A stretch of DNA of 40,683 nucleotides. Source: an uncultured Oscillospiraceae bacterium (GTDB taxonomy: Bacteria; Bacillota; Clostridia; Oscillospirales; Acutalibacteraceae). Both the position numbers and the translations under genes were made by a program. Positions 19,199 to 27,074 of the stretch are shown here, piece by piece. Positions within the stretch are counted from its first letter, which is position 1. The number at the start of each line of letters is the position of its first letter. The stretch lies in contig USDZ01000001.1 of the NCBI GenBank assembly GCA_900553525.1, positions 1 to 40,683 of the forward strand. The letters run 5' to 3'. Under the pieces are notes generated by a model that worked only from the letters and a program-made list of their open reading frames with translations, searched no databases and was not told the DNA's origin.

Positions 19199-19214
19199 GT
19201 TAGTTTTTGCTAAC
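19199..19214. promoter_or_regulatory. Candidate metalloregulator operator GTTAG-N6-CTAAC at the predicted feo transcription start
   Basis: An inverted repeat immediately downstream of the -10 of the feo promoter. The TTAG/CTAA arms resemble the half-sites of the DtxR/IdeR box TTAGGTTAGCCTAACCTAA. Confidence 0.3.
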
Positions 19215-19221
19215 CGAATAC

Positions 19222-19250
19222 ATCATACGCATATTATTCCAAATTGTCAA
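19222..19250 (-). promoter_or_regulatory. Sigma-70 promoter of the feo operon (TTGACA-17-TATGAT on the minus strand)
   Basis: The reverse complement of 19245-19250 is TTGACA. A 17-nt spacer follows, and the reverse complement of 19222-19227 is TATGAT. Confidence 0.55.
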
Positions 19251-19449
19251 GGGCTTCCCGGGATGACAAATAGAGTTTCATTCAGATTCGGAGAATTGCT
19301 GATGAAATTAGGATAGACTAACCGTCAATCTGTGCAGAATTCCTATTTCTGTGTTTGGAGCATGCATTTCCTAAATAAAAAGAGAATACTATTTTGGAAT
19401 TTATGAAGGTATCGGATAACAGCGTCGCTTGGGAAATTAGTATGCCGCA

Positions 19450-19491
19450 ACAAAAAAGGCATATCCCGGTGAAATTTCGCCGGGATATGCC
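19450..19491 (-). terminator. Rho-independent terminator after the MIF-like gene
   Basis: GGCATATCCCGG-N10-CCGGGATATGCC (12-bp stem) followed by TTTTTTGTTG on the minus strand. Confidence 0.8.
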
Positions 19492-19546
19492 GTCGACCAT
19501 ATTTCAATAGGCCGGGGATAAACATTAGGCCCAAAAATTCTATCCA

Positions 19547-19885
19547 TCAGAAATTGCTGCCGTCATAGCCCCAATACTGAACTTCCTCATACTTGACGTA
19601 AATTCGCTCGGACGGGATATTGAGCTCCTTATTGAGCAACGCTGTCACGGCCGCTGTCATTCGATCATAGGCATCCGAGCCGGCGGCACCGTAAAGCTTA
19701 ACCTCCACGAAAGCCGCAGGACGGTCTTCTCCTTTAAAGTATAAACGGCAGCGATCCTCAAAGGTCAGCATCAGCCAGTCCTCGCTCTTGCGCAGAATCG
19801 GCATCAACTCGCCGAAACCGGTTTTCAGACGAGCCTCTTGTTCGGGGGATATGGAGACGTTTACTTTTGTCTGGATACAAGGCAT
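19547..19885 (-). CDS. MIF / phenylpyruvate tautomerase-like protein (tautomerase superfamily)
   Basis: N-terminal MPCIQTKVNV (catalytic Pro-1 after Met removal), ~112 aa, with the pattern FVEVKLYG...IYVKYEEV. Confidence 0.7.
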   Translation of the reverse strand: MPCIQTKVNVSISPEQEARLKTGFGELMPILRKSEDWLMLTFEDRCRLYFKGEDRPAAFVEVKLYGAAGSDAYDRMTAAVTALLNKELNIPSERIYVKYEEVQYWGYDGSNF

Positions 19886-19901
19886 TGTGTTTCCTCCTTC
19901 T

Positions 19902-20279
19902 TTATTTGGATGTAGCGGGTTCCCTCAAAAAGGCGATCCATTCATCCGGCCGGAACCCAGGCAAGGCCCGATTTCCAACGAGCAGAAGCGGGCGCCGGAC
20001 CAACATACCGTCCGACGAAAGCAGGGCCAGTTGCTCTTCCTCGTCCAGACCGGGCAGGCGTTGCGACAGGTTCATTGAGCGGTACAGCAGGCCGCTCGTA
20101 TTGAAGTAACGTTTAAGAGGGATCCCTGCTTCCCGGCTCCAAAGCCGAAGTTCCTCCGCTGTCGGGCGCTGCTCCGTGATATGCCGTTCATGAAAAGCGA
20201 CCCCCTGGTCCAACAGCCAGGCTTTCGCTTTCCGGCAAGTCGAACAAGGCGGATAAAGGATCAAACTGACGGGTTCCAT
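19902..20279 (-). CDS. ArsC/Spx/MgsR family protein with a CXXC motif
   Basis: MEPVSLILYPPCSTCRKAKAWLLDQGVAFHERHI...RRPLLL. ATG 20279 follows GGAAAGGAAGG. The ORF-track 5' extension overlaps yjbQ. Confidence 0.8.
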   Translation of the reverse strand: MEPVSLILYPPCSTCRKAKAWLLDQGVAFHERHITEQRPTAEELRLWSREAGIPLKRYFNTSGLLYRSMNLSQRLPGLDEEEQLALLSSDGMLVRRPLLLVGNRALPGFRPDEWIAFLREPATSK

Positions 20280-20325
20280 CCATATACCTTCCTTTCCGGG
20301 GAGTAGGCTTCTATCCATAACCGGC

Positions 20326-20742
20326 TCATTCCCCGATAATTTTAACCAGAGCGTGCTTATCCCGCTTCCCGTCAAACTCATAATAAAAAATTTGTTCCCA
20401 AGTTCCGAAATCCAACTTACCGTTGGTAATAGCGACCACAACCTCCCGCCCCATAATGGTGCGTTTCAGATGAGCGTCCGCATTGTCCTCATATCCGTTG
20501 TGGGCATAGCGGCTATAAGGCTTTTCAGGGGCCAGGCTTTCAAGCCAAGCCTCAAAGTCCCGATGCAGGCCGCTTTCATCGTCGTTGATGAAGACGCTGG
20601 CGGTAATGTTCATGGCATTGACCAGTGCCAAGCCTTCTTTCACACCGCTGTCCCTGACCGCCTGCTGCACCTGGGATGTGATGTTGACAAGCCCCCTCCG
20701 GGTGGGCAGATGGAACCACAATTCCTGCCGGTAGCTTTTCAT
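20326..20742 (-). CDS. yjbQ: YjbQ/UPF0047 family protein (secondary thiamine-phosphate synthase)
   Basis: ITSQVQQAV...[32 protein letters not shown]...[12 protein letters not shown]...[18 protein letters not shown]. Confidence 0.85.
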   Translation of the reverse strand: MKSYRQELWFHLPTRRGLVNITSQVQQAVRDSGVKEGLALVNAMNITASVFINDDESGLHRDFEAWLESLAPEKPYSRYAHNGYEDNADAHLKRTIMGREVVVAITNGKLDFGTWEQIFYYEFDGKRDKHALVKIIGE

Positions 20743-20982
20743 CGGCTCTCCCTCTTTTCCTTTTTGTTCCAGTATAGCAGATTCTTTTTCCACGGACAAG
20801 GCTCAAAAAGGACTTTGAAAACGGAGCCGATTTTCTCTATCAAACGGCCGATATGATCATATCCGTTCTCCTCCGGATCCTGGGGCAACGTCTATCTCAC
20901 GGGAAATTCTCATGCATATTTTGCTTGATCTTAGGGAGCCGTTTCTTTATACTGAAAAGGTATTCCACAGGGAGGTACAGAC

Positions 20983-21297
20983 ATGGAAAACCGCCGTTTC
21001 GTTAAAAACGATCAGGGATTTATCTGCGGACATTGCGGGCGCAGGGTAGAACCGCTGGGCTATACCTCCCGCAACCACTGCCCTTATTGCCTCTATTCCC
21101 TGCATGTGGATATTTATCCCGGAGACCGGCAGAATCCCTGCCGAGGCTTGATGGAACCGGTGGGCCTTGAAATTTCGCCCAAAAAAGGATACGTTATCCG
21201 TTTCCGCTGCACGAAATGCGGAGGCGAAGGACGCAATAAAGCCGCAAGAGACGACGATTATGAGCAGTTGCTCCGCTTGTCCACTAAAGAACATTAA
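20983..21297 (+). CDS. RNHCP domain-containing protein
   Basis: Contains the literal RNHCPYC motif plus CGHCG and CTKCG zinc-ribbon pairs. RBS GGGAGG. Confidence 0.85.
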   Translation: MENRRFVKNDQGFICGHCGRRVEPLGYTSRNHCPYCLYSLHVDIYPGDRQNPCRGLMEPVGLEISPKKGYVIRFRCTKCGGEGRNKAARDDDYEQLLRLSTKEH

Positions 21298-22223
21298 CGC
21301 TGCCCATCCAATGATGTTGCCGCCGGCCAGCGGATGGTGATGGTGAGTTTATTCTGAAGCAGCAGGGCTTCAGTCTCTCCTCCCATCTGCACCGCCAGGC
21401 GATGAACAATCGCAAGCCCCAGCCCCGTGTCTTGTCCGGTCCGCATCTTGTCGGCTGTAAAAAACCGATCAAACAGATGCTCCACATCCTGAGGCAGAAG
21501 TCCCGGTGCCAAATTGGTAAAGCAGGTGACGACAAGCTCCTCTTCCTGGAATACCCGGACATACAGATCCCCTGTCCCATGCTTGATGGCATTTTGAAAC
21601 AGGTTGGTATAGATGCGCAGAATCGCCTGCGGATCCCCTAAGATGGGAGACAGGTTTTCGGCGATATCGAGTTCAACCTTTCGTCCGGATTCATGAAAAT
21701 CGGCATAAAATGCCGCCGCCAACTCATATAGAACAGAGGCAAGCGCCACCGGCTCTTTTACAAGGGTGTAGCCGCCCGCCTCTAAACAGGACAGGTCATA
21801 AAAGCCCGTAATCAAGGCTTTGAGGGCATTGGCGCGGTTCTCTACGATGTCAAGATATTCCCGGCGTTCCTGCGGACCAACATCCTCCGATTTGAGGATC
21901 TGCAAATAGCCGAGAATCGAAGTCAAAGGGGTTCGCAGGTCATGGGAAATGTTGGCGATCTCCAGCCGCCGCTGCTGTTCCTGCCGGTGATGCAAGCTGT
22001 CGTTAGCCTGCCGGTCATCGAGCAGCGCGTTGATTTCTTCAAGCAGACGCTCCAGTTCTCGATCGGGGACCCTCAGTTTAAGCCGTTGGTTGGTCCGGGT
22101 ACGCCGCAGTTCTTCCAGCGACATCCGCGCTTTGTGCAGGTTGTGTCTATACAATACCAGTGCGGCAACACACGCGACGAGCAGAAGGGTCAATGCGGCG
22201 ATGATCCATCCGGCGGGCTCCAT
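21294..22223 (-). CDS. Sensor histidine kinase with one N-terminal TM and no extracytoplasmic domain
   Basis: One TM (WIIAALTLLLVACVAALVLY), H-box ISHDLRTPL, N-box NLFQNAIKH and G-box DTGLGLAIV. Confidence 0.9.
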   Translation of the reverse strand: MEPAGWIIAALTLLLVACVAALVLYRHNLHKARMSLEELRRTRTNQRLKLRVPDRELERLLEEINALLDDRQANDSLHHRQEQQRRLEIANISHDLRTPLTSILGYLQILKSEDVGPQERREYLDIVENRANALKALITGFYDLSCLEAGGYTLVKEPVALASVLYELAAAFYADFHESGRKVELDIAENLSPILGDPQAILRIYTNLFQNAIKHGTGDLYVRVFQEEELVVTCFTNLAPGLLPQDVEHLFDRFFTADKMRTGQDTGLGLAIVHRLAVQMGGETEALLLQNKLTITIRWPAATSLDGQR

Positions 22224-22254
22224 TTCTTCTCACCCTCTTTGTCTTTAGTATAGC

Positions 22255-22290
22255 ACATCCTTCCCGGATTGGAAAGTCCGGGAAGGATGT
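22255..22290 (-). other. 14-bp perfect hairpin between the permease and kinase genes; no U-tract; directly followed by TATACT
   Basis: The minus strand reads ACATCCTTCCCGGA-ctttccaa-TCCGGGAAGGATGT, then gcTATACT. Confidence 0.6.
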
Positions 22291-22338
22291 CCCCTGCTGT
22301 CACTCTCTCCCGAAGTCGGAAATTTCCAGGAATGCGGG

Positions 22339-23106
22339 TCAATGGATTTCCTTTTTGCGGTAGAAGATTAGCCCGATTAAGGTGCTGCCTATCAGATAAG
22401 CGGCGCCTGTGACGACGCTGCGCAGGATGATCTCGTTGGTCAGCTCGGTATTAGCCAGTTGTTCGAGCAGCGGCGTCATCAACCACAAGCGCACTTCGCC
22501 CAGAAACGGATAATAATATGCCGCCATCTGTAAAACCACGGGCAAAGCAGCAAAAAGTCCAATAAAAAACAGCGTATACAGCGTGCTGCTCTTGAAGTGG
22601 AAGGCCAGCATGTTGCCAAAGGAAAGGGCTCCGATCCATAAAGGAAGGGAAACCAGCAGACGCTGGCCAAACTTCACAAACAATTCAGAAAACGAAACCG
22701 GATATACAGGCCCCAGCAGCAGGAGGCCGACGCCCAAAATGACGCCCAGGATGACTATAAGGCTGATGACCGCCACAATCAGTTCCGCGGCCAGCTTACC
22801 CAGATAAAGACTCGTCCGGGGAATGCCGAAAGCCAGAGGATTCTTCATTGTCTGATTCTTATATTCTTCCGAAAACACCATATCCACAAAAGCCACCGTC
22901 AAATAAAGCCCCAGCGGCAGCATATACAGGGTAAATCCGATCATGCCGTCAAAGCCGACCTGTTTATCGGCTGGAAGATTGGGATTGGTAAAGGCGAAGA
23001 GAAAAACCATCAGAAGGCCGAGGGCCACGATAACCCCGCTAAATACAAAAGGATACAGACGATGACAGGTTTTATACAGTTCACTCTTGATGACACGGAG
23101 CATCAC
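22339..23106 (-). CDS. ABC-2 type transporter permease (lantibiotic/bacitracin-immunity-like)
   Basis: About six hydrophobic spans and an N-terminal VIKSELYKTCHR motif typical of ABC-2 immunity permeases. The ATGA overlaps the ATPase gene. Confidence 0.8.
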   Translation of the reverse strand: MMLRVIKSELYKTCHRLYPFVFSGVIVALGLLMVFLFAFTNPNLPADKQVGFDGMIGFTLYMLPLGLYLTVAFVDMVFSEEYKNQTMKNPLAFGIPRTSLYLGKLAAELIVAVISLIVILGVILGVGLLLLGPVYPVSFSELFVKFGQRLLVSLPLWIGALSFGNMLAFHFKSSTLYTLFFIGLFAALPVVLQMAAYYYPFLGEVRLWLMTPLLEQLANTELTNEIILRSVVTGAAYLIGSTLIGLIFYRKKEIH

Positions 23107-24047
23107 GCAAACCCCCTTTCGTTCCCTTCCGGGCGTGAACGGCTTAAAAGTTGAAGGAAGTAGTCCTCCAAATTGGTTCCGCGGGTATTGATCGTCTGTA
23201 CCCGTACGCCATCTTCGGTCAGCGCCGTCGTCACCTTTACCGGTTCCTCCAGAAAAGCATAAACCCGAATGCGATTTTCCGGGAGAATCTCATACGAGGA
23301 GCAGTGCAGGCGGCTTTCCAGCGATACGGCCGCCTTGGGAGCATCGTCCACCGTCAATTCCAGGCATTCCCGGCAGCATTCCTCGATATCCTTTGCCGAG
23401 ATCTGCTGCAGCATCCGACCGCCGTCGATAAACCCGTAATGGGTTGCGAGATTGGCAAGCTCGCTGAGGATATGGCTGGAAATCAAAATGGTGATCTGCC
23501 GTTCGGCGTTCAGGCGAAGCAGCAGGTCCCGGAACTGCACGATTCCCATTGGATCCAGCCCATTGATCGGTTCATCCAGAAGAAGCAGATCCGGGCTGCC
23601 CAGAATTGCCAATGCCAACCCCAAACGCTGTTTCATACCCAGGGAGAACTGCTTGAATTTTTTATTCTTGGTATCGCTCAAGCCGACAAGCCGCAAAGCG
23701 TCCCGAATGCAGTCCCGACCCGCGATCCCTCGCTGCAGCCGGTAATATTCCAGATTCTGTTCCGCTGTCAGAAAAGGATAAAAGCTCGGCGTTTCAATCA
23801 CCGCGCCCATCCGTTCCCGCATACGGCCGGCACCGCGCGGATCCGCCGCCCCGAACAATTCAATTTCTCCCGAGGTCGGGCTGCTTTGTGAGGTAATCAT
23901 CCGCATCAAAGTGGTCTTGCCCGCTCCATTTTTTCCAACCAATCCGTAAATCTGCCCGCGTTCCACCCGCAGATTTACATGGTTTACGGCCAGCGCGGAA
24001 CCATACCGTTTGCATAGGTTCCGTGTGACCAGCACATTGTCCGTCAT
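23103..24047 (-). CDS. ABC transporter ATP-binding protein (BcrA-like)
   Basis: Walker A GKNGAGKTT, signature FSLGMKQR, Walker B LLLLDEP. I prefer ATG 24047 (GGAAGG 9 nt upstream) over 24056. Confidence 0.9.
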   Translation of the reverse strand: MTDNVLVTRNLCKRYGSALAVNHVNLRVERGQIYGLVGKNGAGKTTLMRMITSQSSPTSGEIELFGAADPRGAGRMRERMGAVIETPSFYPFLTAEQNLEYYRLQRGIAGRDCIRDALRLVGLSDTKNKKFKQFSLGMKQRLGLALAILGSPDLLLLDEPINGLDPMGIVQFRDLLLRLNAERQITILISSHILSELANLATHYGFIDGGRMLQQISAKDIEECCRECLELTVDDAPKAAVSLESRLHCSSYEILPENRIRVYAFLEEPVKVTTALTEDGVRVQTINTRGTNLEDYFLQLLSRSRPEGNERGFA

Positions 24048-24102
24048 ACTGTCCATCCTTCCATCTGAGATTGGCCTCAGTATACCCCCCCGCTTTCAAA
24101 AA

Positions 24103-24135
24103 GCCTTAAAGGAAATCTAAAGAAAGTCTAAAGAG
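24103..24135 (-). promoter_or_regulatory. Three direct heptamer repeats at 11-bp spacing (CTTTAGA, CTTTAGA, CTTTAAG on the minus strand) upstream of a TATACT -10; candidate OmpR-family regulator binding site
   Basis: Plus-strand CTTAAAG 24105, TCTAAAG 24116 and TCTAAAG 24127. The -10 is the reverse complement of 24079-24084. No good -35 is present. Confidence 0.4.
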
Positions 24136-24204
24136 ACCGTCCGGTATTCTGCATCCTCTTTTCCAAATGTCCTCGCGTTCCAGATGGAAACCCCGTCCTG
24201 TATT

Positions 24205-24238
24205 TCGACAAAAGACGGACGGGATTTCCTCCCGTCCG
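24205..24238 (-). terminator. Rho-independent terminator between the response-regulator gene and the ABC genes
   Basis: GGACGGGA-ggaaa-TCCCGTCC followed by gTCTTTTGTCG on the minus strand, 12 nt after the regulator's stop. Confidence 0.7.
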
Positions 24239-24249
24239 CCGATTTTCAT

Positions 24250-24948
24250 TCACTCCTCCTCCATCTTAAATCCAATCCCCCAAACGGTTTTGATATAGCC
24301 GTTGTCCGGATCGGCCGCCGCCAGTTTGGCACGCAAATTGCTGATATGCACGTTGACCGTGTTATCGTCTCCGATGTAGGGATCTTCCCAGACCGATTCA
24401 AACAGATTGGCACGGGTGAACACTTTTTTGGGGTGGGAGAGCAGCAAATACAATAACCCGTATTCCCGGACGGTCAAAGATACCTCCCGGCCCTTCACCG
24501 TCACCCGCCGCCCCTCCGGGTCGAGAACCAGTTCCTTAAACTGTAAAGGCGTCTCCCCCTGTTGGGCCGGCGTGAAGCGGGTATACCGACGAAGCTGGGC
24601 CGCCACGCGGGCTTTGACATCCTCGATGTCAAACGGTTTGGAAATAAAGTCATCCGCTCCCTCCGCCAGAACATGGAGCTTATCCTCCCGCCCCTTGGCA
24701 GACAACACGATGACCGGCATCACGTACTTTTTCCGAATGGTTACAAGCAGTTCTTCTCCCGTCAATCCGGGAAGCATCAGATCGAGCAAAATCAAATCAT
24801 ATCGTTCGGATTCCAGGCGCATACCCGCCTCACTGCCGGAATAGGCAGAAGTGACAACATAGCCCTCTTTGGATAACAGGGTGGTCAGCAGGCGGTTGAT
24901 ATCGGCGTCGTCCTCCACCACTAGGATACGCGCTGCGGTGTCCTCCAA
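24250..24948 (-). CDS. OmpR/PhoB family response regulator
   Basis: Receiver ILVVEDD...LILLDLMLPG and a winged-helix C-terminus VWGIGFK. TTG start 8 nt after GGGGAGGA. Confidence 0.9.
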   Translation of the reverse strand: MEDTAARILVVEDDADINRLLTTLLSKEGYVVTSAYSGSEAGMRLESERYDLILLDLMLPGLTGEELLVTIRKKYVMPVIVLSAKGREDKLHVLAEGADDFISKPFDIEDVKARVAAQLRRYTRFTPAQQGETPLQFKELVLDPEGRRVTVKGREVSLTVREYGLLYLLLSHPKKVFTRANLFESVWEDPYIGDDNTVNVHISNLRAKLAAADPDNGYIKTVWGIGFKMEEE

Positions 24949-25159
24949 TTCCGTTTTCCTCCCCTACGACCGGAGAAAACCATCCTCCGGTGTTTCTCCG
25001 GCTTATAGCCGTTTCGATGTCCAGTATATCATCCCTTCCACCCATCCGCAAGGATGGTTTCCGTCCCTTGATCCTGAAATTCATAAATCCTTCATCCGTT
25101 TCTCCGGAATCGGGCTATAATGATAACGAAGATAAACTCCACAGAAAAGAGGTCGGAAT

Positions 25160-25492
25160 ATGCAGGATCATCTGAGCGAAGATCTCAAAACGGTGTTTCT
25201 TGCCGGGATCGGCATGGCGGCCATAACGGTTGAAAAAGCCAAAGAACTCATAACTGAACTGGTGGAAAAAGGCCGTCTGACGGTGGATCAGGGCCGGGTA
25301 CTCAACGAGGAACTTCACCGCCGGAACTCGGCCGCATCTACATCTCAGATAAATCCAGCGGATTCCAGCATCGACACAGATCTTTTATTGCGCAACCTCG
25401 ACCACATGAGCCGGGAAGATCTCGCCGCCCTGAAGGCCAAACTTGCGGCGATGGAGACCGCGGAGGAAATCAATGGACAATCGGAAAATTGA
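25160..25492 (+). CDS. Phasin-like protein (COG3937-type)
   Basis: LAGIGMAAITVEKAKELITELVEKGRLTVDQGRVLNEEL is typical of phasin-family proteins that precede ABC1 kinases in Firmicutes. Confidence 0.6.
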   Translation: MQDHLSEDLKTVFLAGIGMAAITVEKAKELITELVEKGRLTVDQGRVLNEELHRRNSAASTSQINPADSSIDTDLLLRNLDHMSREDLAALKAKLAAMETAEEINGQSEN

Positions 25493-27074
25493 GGCCGGCA
25501 AACAGGCGGACAAACGCCACCGTCTGCGGGAAATTTTGGGGATACTCGCGCAGCACAATATTCTACGCGGCCTTACCCCGGTCAAATTGCGCCTTATTAT
25601 TCAAGATCTGGGACCAACTTTCGTTAAGCTGGGACAGATCCTCTCCATGCGGCAGGATATGCTCCCAGCGGAATATTGCCAAGAACTCACACTCCTTCGG
25701 ACAGACGTGTCCCCCATCCCCTTCGATGAAGTCAAAAAGGTGATCGAGGGGGAATACGGTGCTCCGATGAAATCCCTCTTTTTATCTTTCGATGAAACGC
25801 CCCTCGGTTCTGCCTCGATTGCACAGGTTCACACGGCTGTACTGCGAAACGGGTCCAAGGTCGCCGTCAAGGTGCAGCGCCCCGGCATCTGGGATACGAT
25901 GGCAAGGGACATTGCGCTTCTGCGCAGGGCGGCAGGGATCCTCCAACGGATCGGCGGCATCGGCGGAGTCATCGACTTTGGCATGGTACTCGACGAGATG
26001 TGGGCCGTGGCGCAGGAAGAGATGGACTTTCTTCTGGAAGCCCGTCATATGGACGAGTTCCGGGATGGAAACGCCGGCGTCGCGTATGTTTCCTGTCCTC
26101 GGGTGGAACACCGTTATACCACCTCGCGCGCCTTGATGATGGAATATATAGACGGCATCTCCATCGACGATACCGACCGTCTTCGGCGGGAGGGATATGA
26201 CCTCGATGAAATCGGGGAAAAACTGGCTGAAAATTATGTCCGGCAGATTCTGGACGAAGCTTTTTTTCATGCCGACCCCCATCCCGGCAATCTGCGGATA
26301 CGGGACGGCAAAATCATTTGGCTGGATCTCGGCATGATGGGCCGTCTAACTGAAAAGGACCGCGAACTCCTGAAAACTGCTGTGACAGCCGTGGCACAGT
26401 ACGACGCCGGGACTCTCAAAGACGTGCTGTTGGCGCTGGGCGTTCACAGTGGACGGATCGACCATGTCCGCCTCTATGCGGACATTGACGAATTCCTGTC
26501 GAAATACGCCGGAATGAGCATGGCAGAAATCGACCTGGCGCAACTGATGCAGGAACTCCTGTCTCTGGCCGAATCCCACGGCATCTCAATGCCCAAAGGT
26601 CTGTCCATGCTGGCTCGGGGCATCGTCACCATTCAAGGGGTTTTGGCCCGGATCAGCCCCGACATCCAGATCATCACGATCATGCACAACCACATTGCGG
26701 GCGGAGCCTTCGCTTCCTTCAACCTGAAAAAGGAAATGGAAAGCGGGGCCATGACCCTGCTGACTTCCAGCCGCAAGGCGCTCGACGTTCCGGCCCAGAT
26801 GTCCGACTTACTGAAAAACACGCTTAAAGGCCAGACCAAATTCTATATCGAACTAACCGGCTCGGCAGATCCTCTAAAGGCTGCTGACCAGCGGATGGAC
26901 AAGCTGGTTCTTGCATTGATCGACGCGGCTCTGATCATCGGCGCGAGTTTGCTTTCCACTTTAGATGCCGGACCCCGATTCTGGGGACTCCCGGTGCCGT
27001 CATGGATTGGGTATCTATTGGCTCTTGCGTTGGGCGGCGTGCTGCTGTTTCGAATGCGCCGCCGAAAGCGTTGA
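25473..27074 (+). CDS. ABC1/UbiB (AarF) family atypical kinase with two C-terminal TM segments
   Basis: LGPTFVKLGQILSMRQDMLPAEY, ASIAQVH, VAVKVQRPG and HADPHPGN. ATG 25473 overlaps the phasin-like gene by 20 nt. Confidence 0.9.
   Translation: MDNRKIEAGKQADKRHRLREILGILAQHNILRGLTPVKLRLIIQDLGPTFVKLGQILSMRQDMLPAEYCQELTLLRTDVSPIPFDEVKKVIEGEYGAPMKSLFLSFDETPLGSASIAQVHTAVLRNGSKVAVKVQRPGIWDTMARDIALLRRAAGILQRIGGIGGVIDFGMVLDEMWAVAQEEMDFLLEARHMDEFRDGNAGVAYVSCPRVEHRYTTSRALMMEYIDGISIDDTDRLRREGYDLDEIGEKLAENYVRQILDEAFFHADPHPGNLRIRDGKIIWLDLGMMGRLTEKDRELLKTAVTAVAQYDAGTLKDVLLALGVHSGRIDHVRLYADIDEFLSKYAGMSMAEIDLAQLMQELLSLAESHGISMPKGLSMLARGIVTIQGVLARISPDIQIITIMHNHIAGGAFASFNLKKEMESGAMTLLTSSRKALDVPAQMSDLLKNTLKGQTKFYIELTGSADPLKAADQRMDKLVLALIDAALIIGASLLSTLDAGPRFWGLPVPSWIGYLLALALGGVLLFRMRRRKR

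Noticed and set aside
24970-25001. 9-bp hairpin CCGGAGAAA/TTTCTCCGG in the leader of the OmpR-type regulator, with a GGAGG-ATG mini-ORF
   Set aside because: The GGAGG abuts the ATG with no spacer, so translation is unlikely. The hairpin has no U-tract. There is not enough evidence for an attenuator, so I noted it only as a leader structure.
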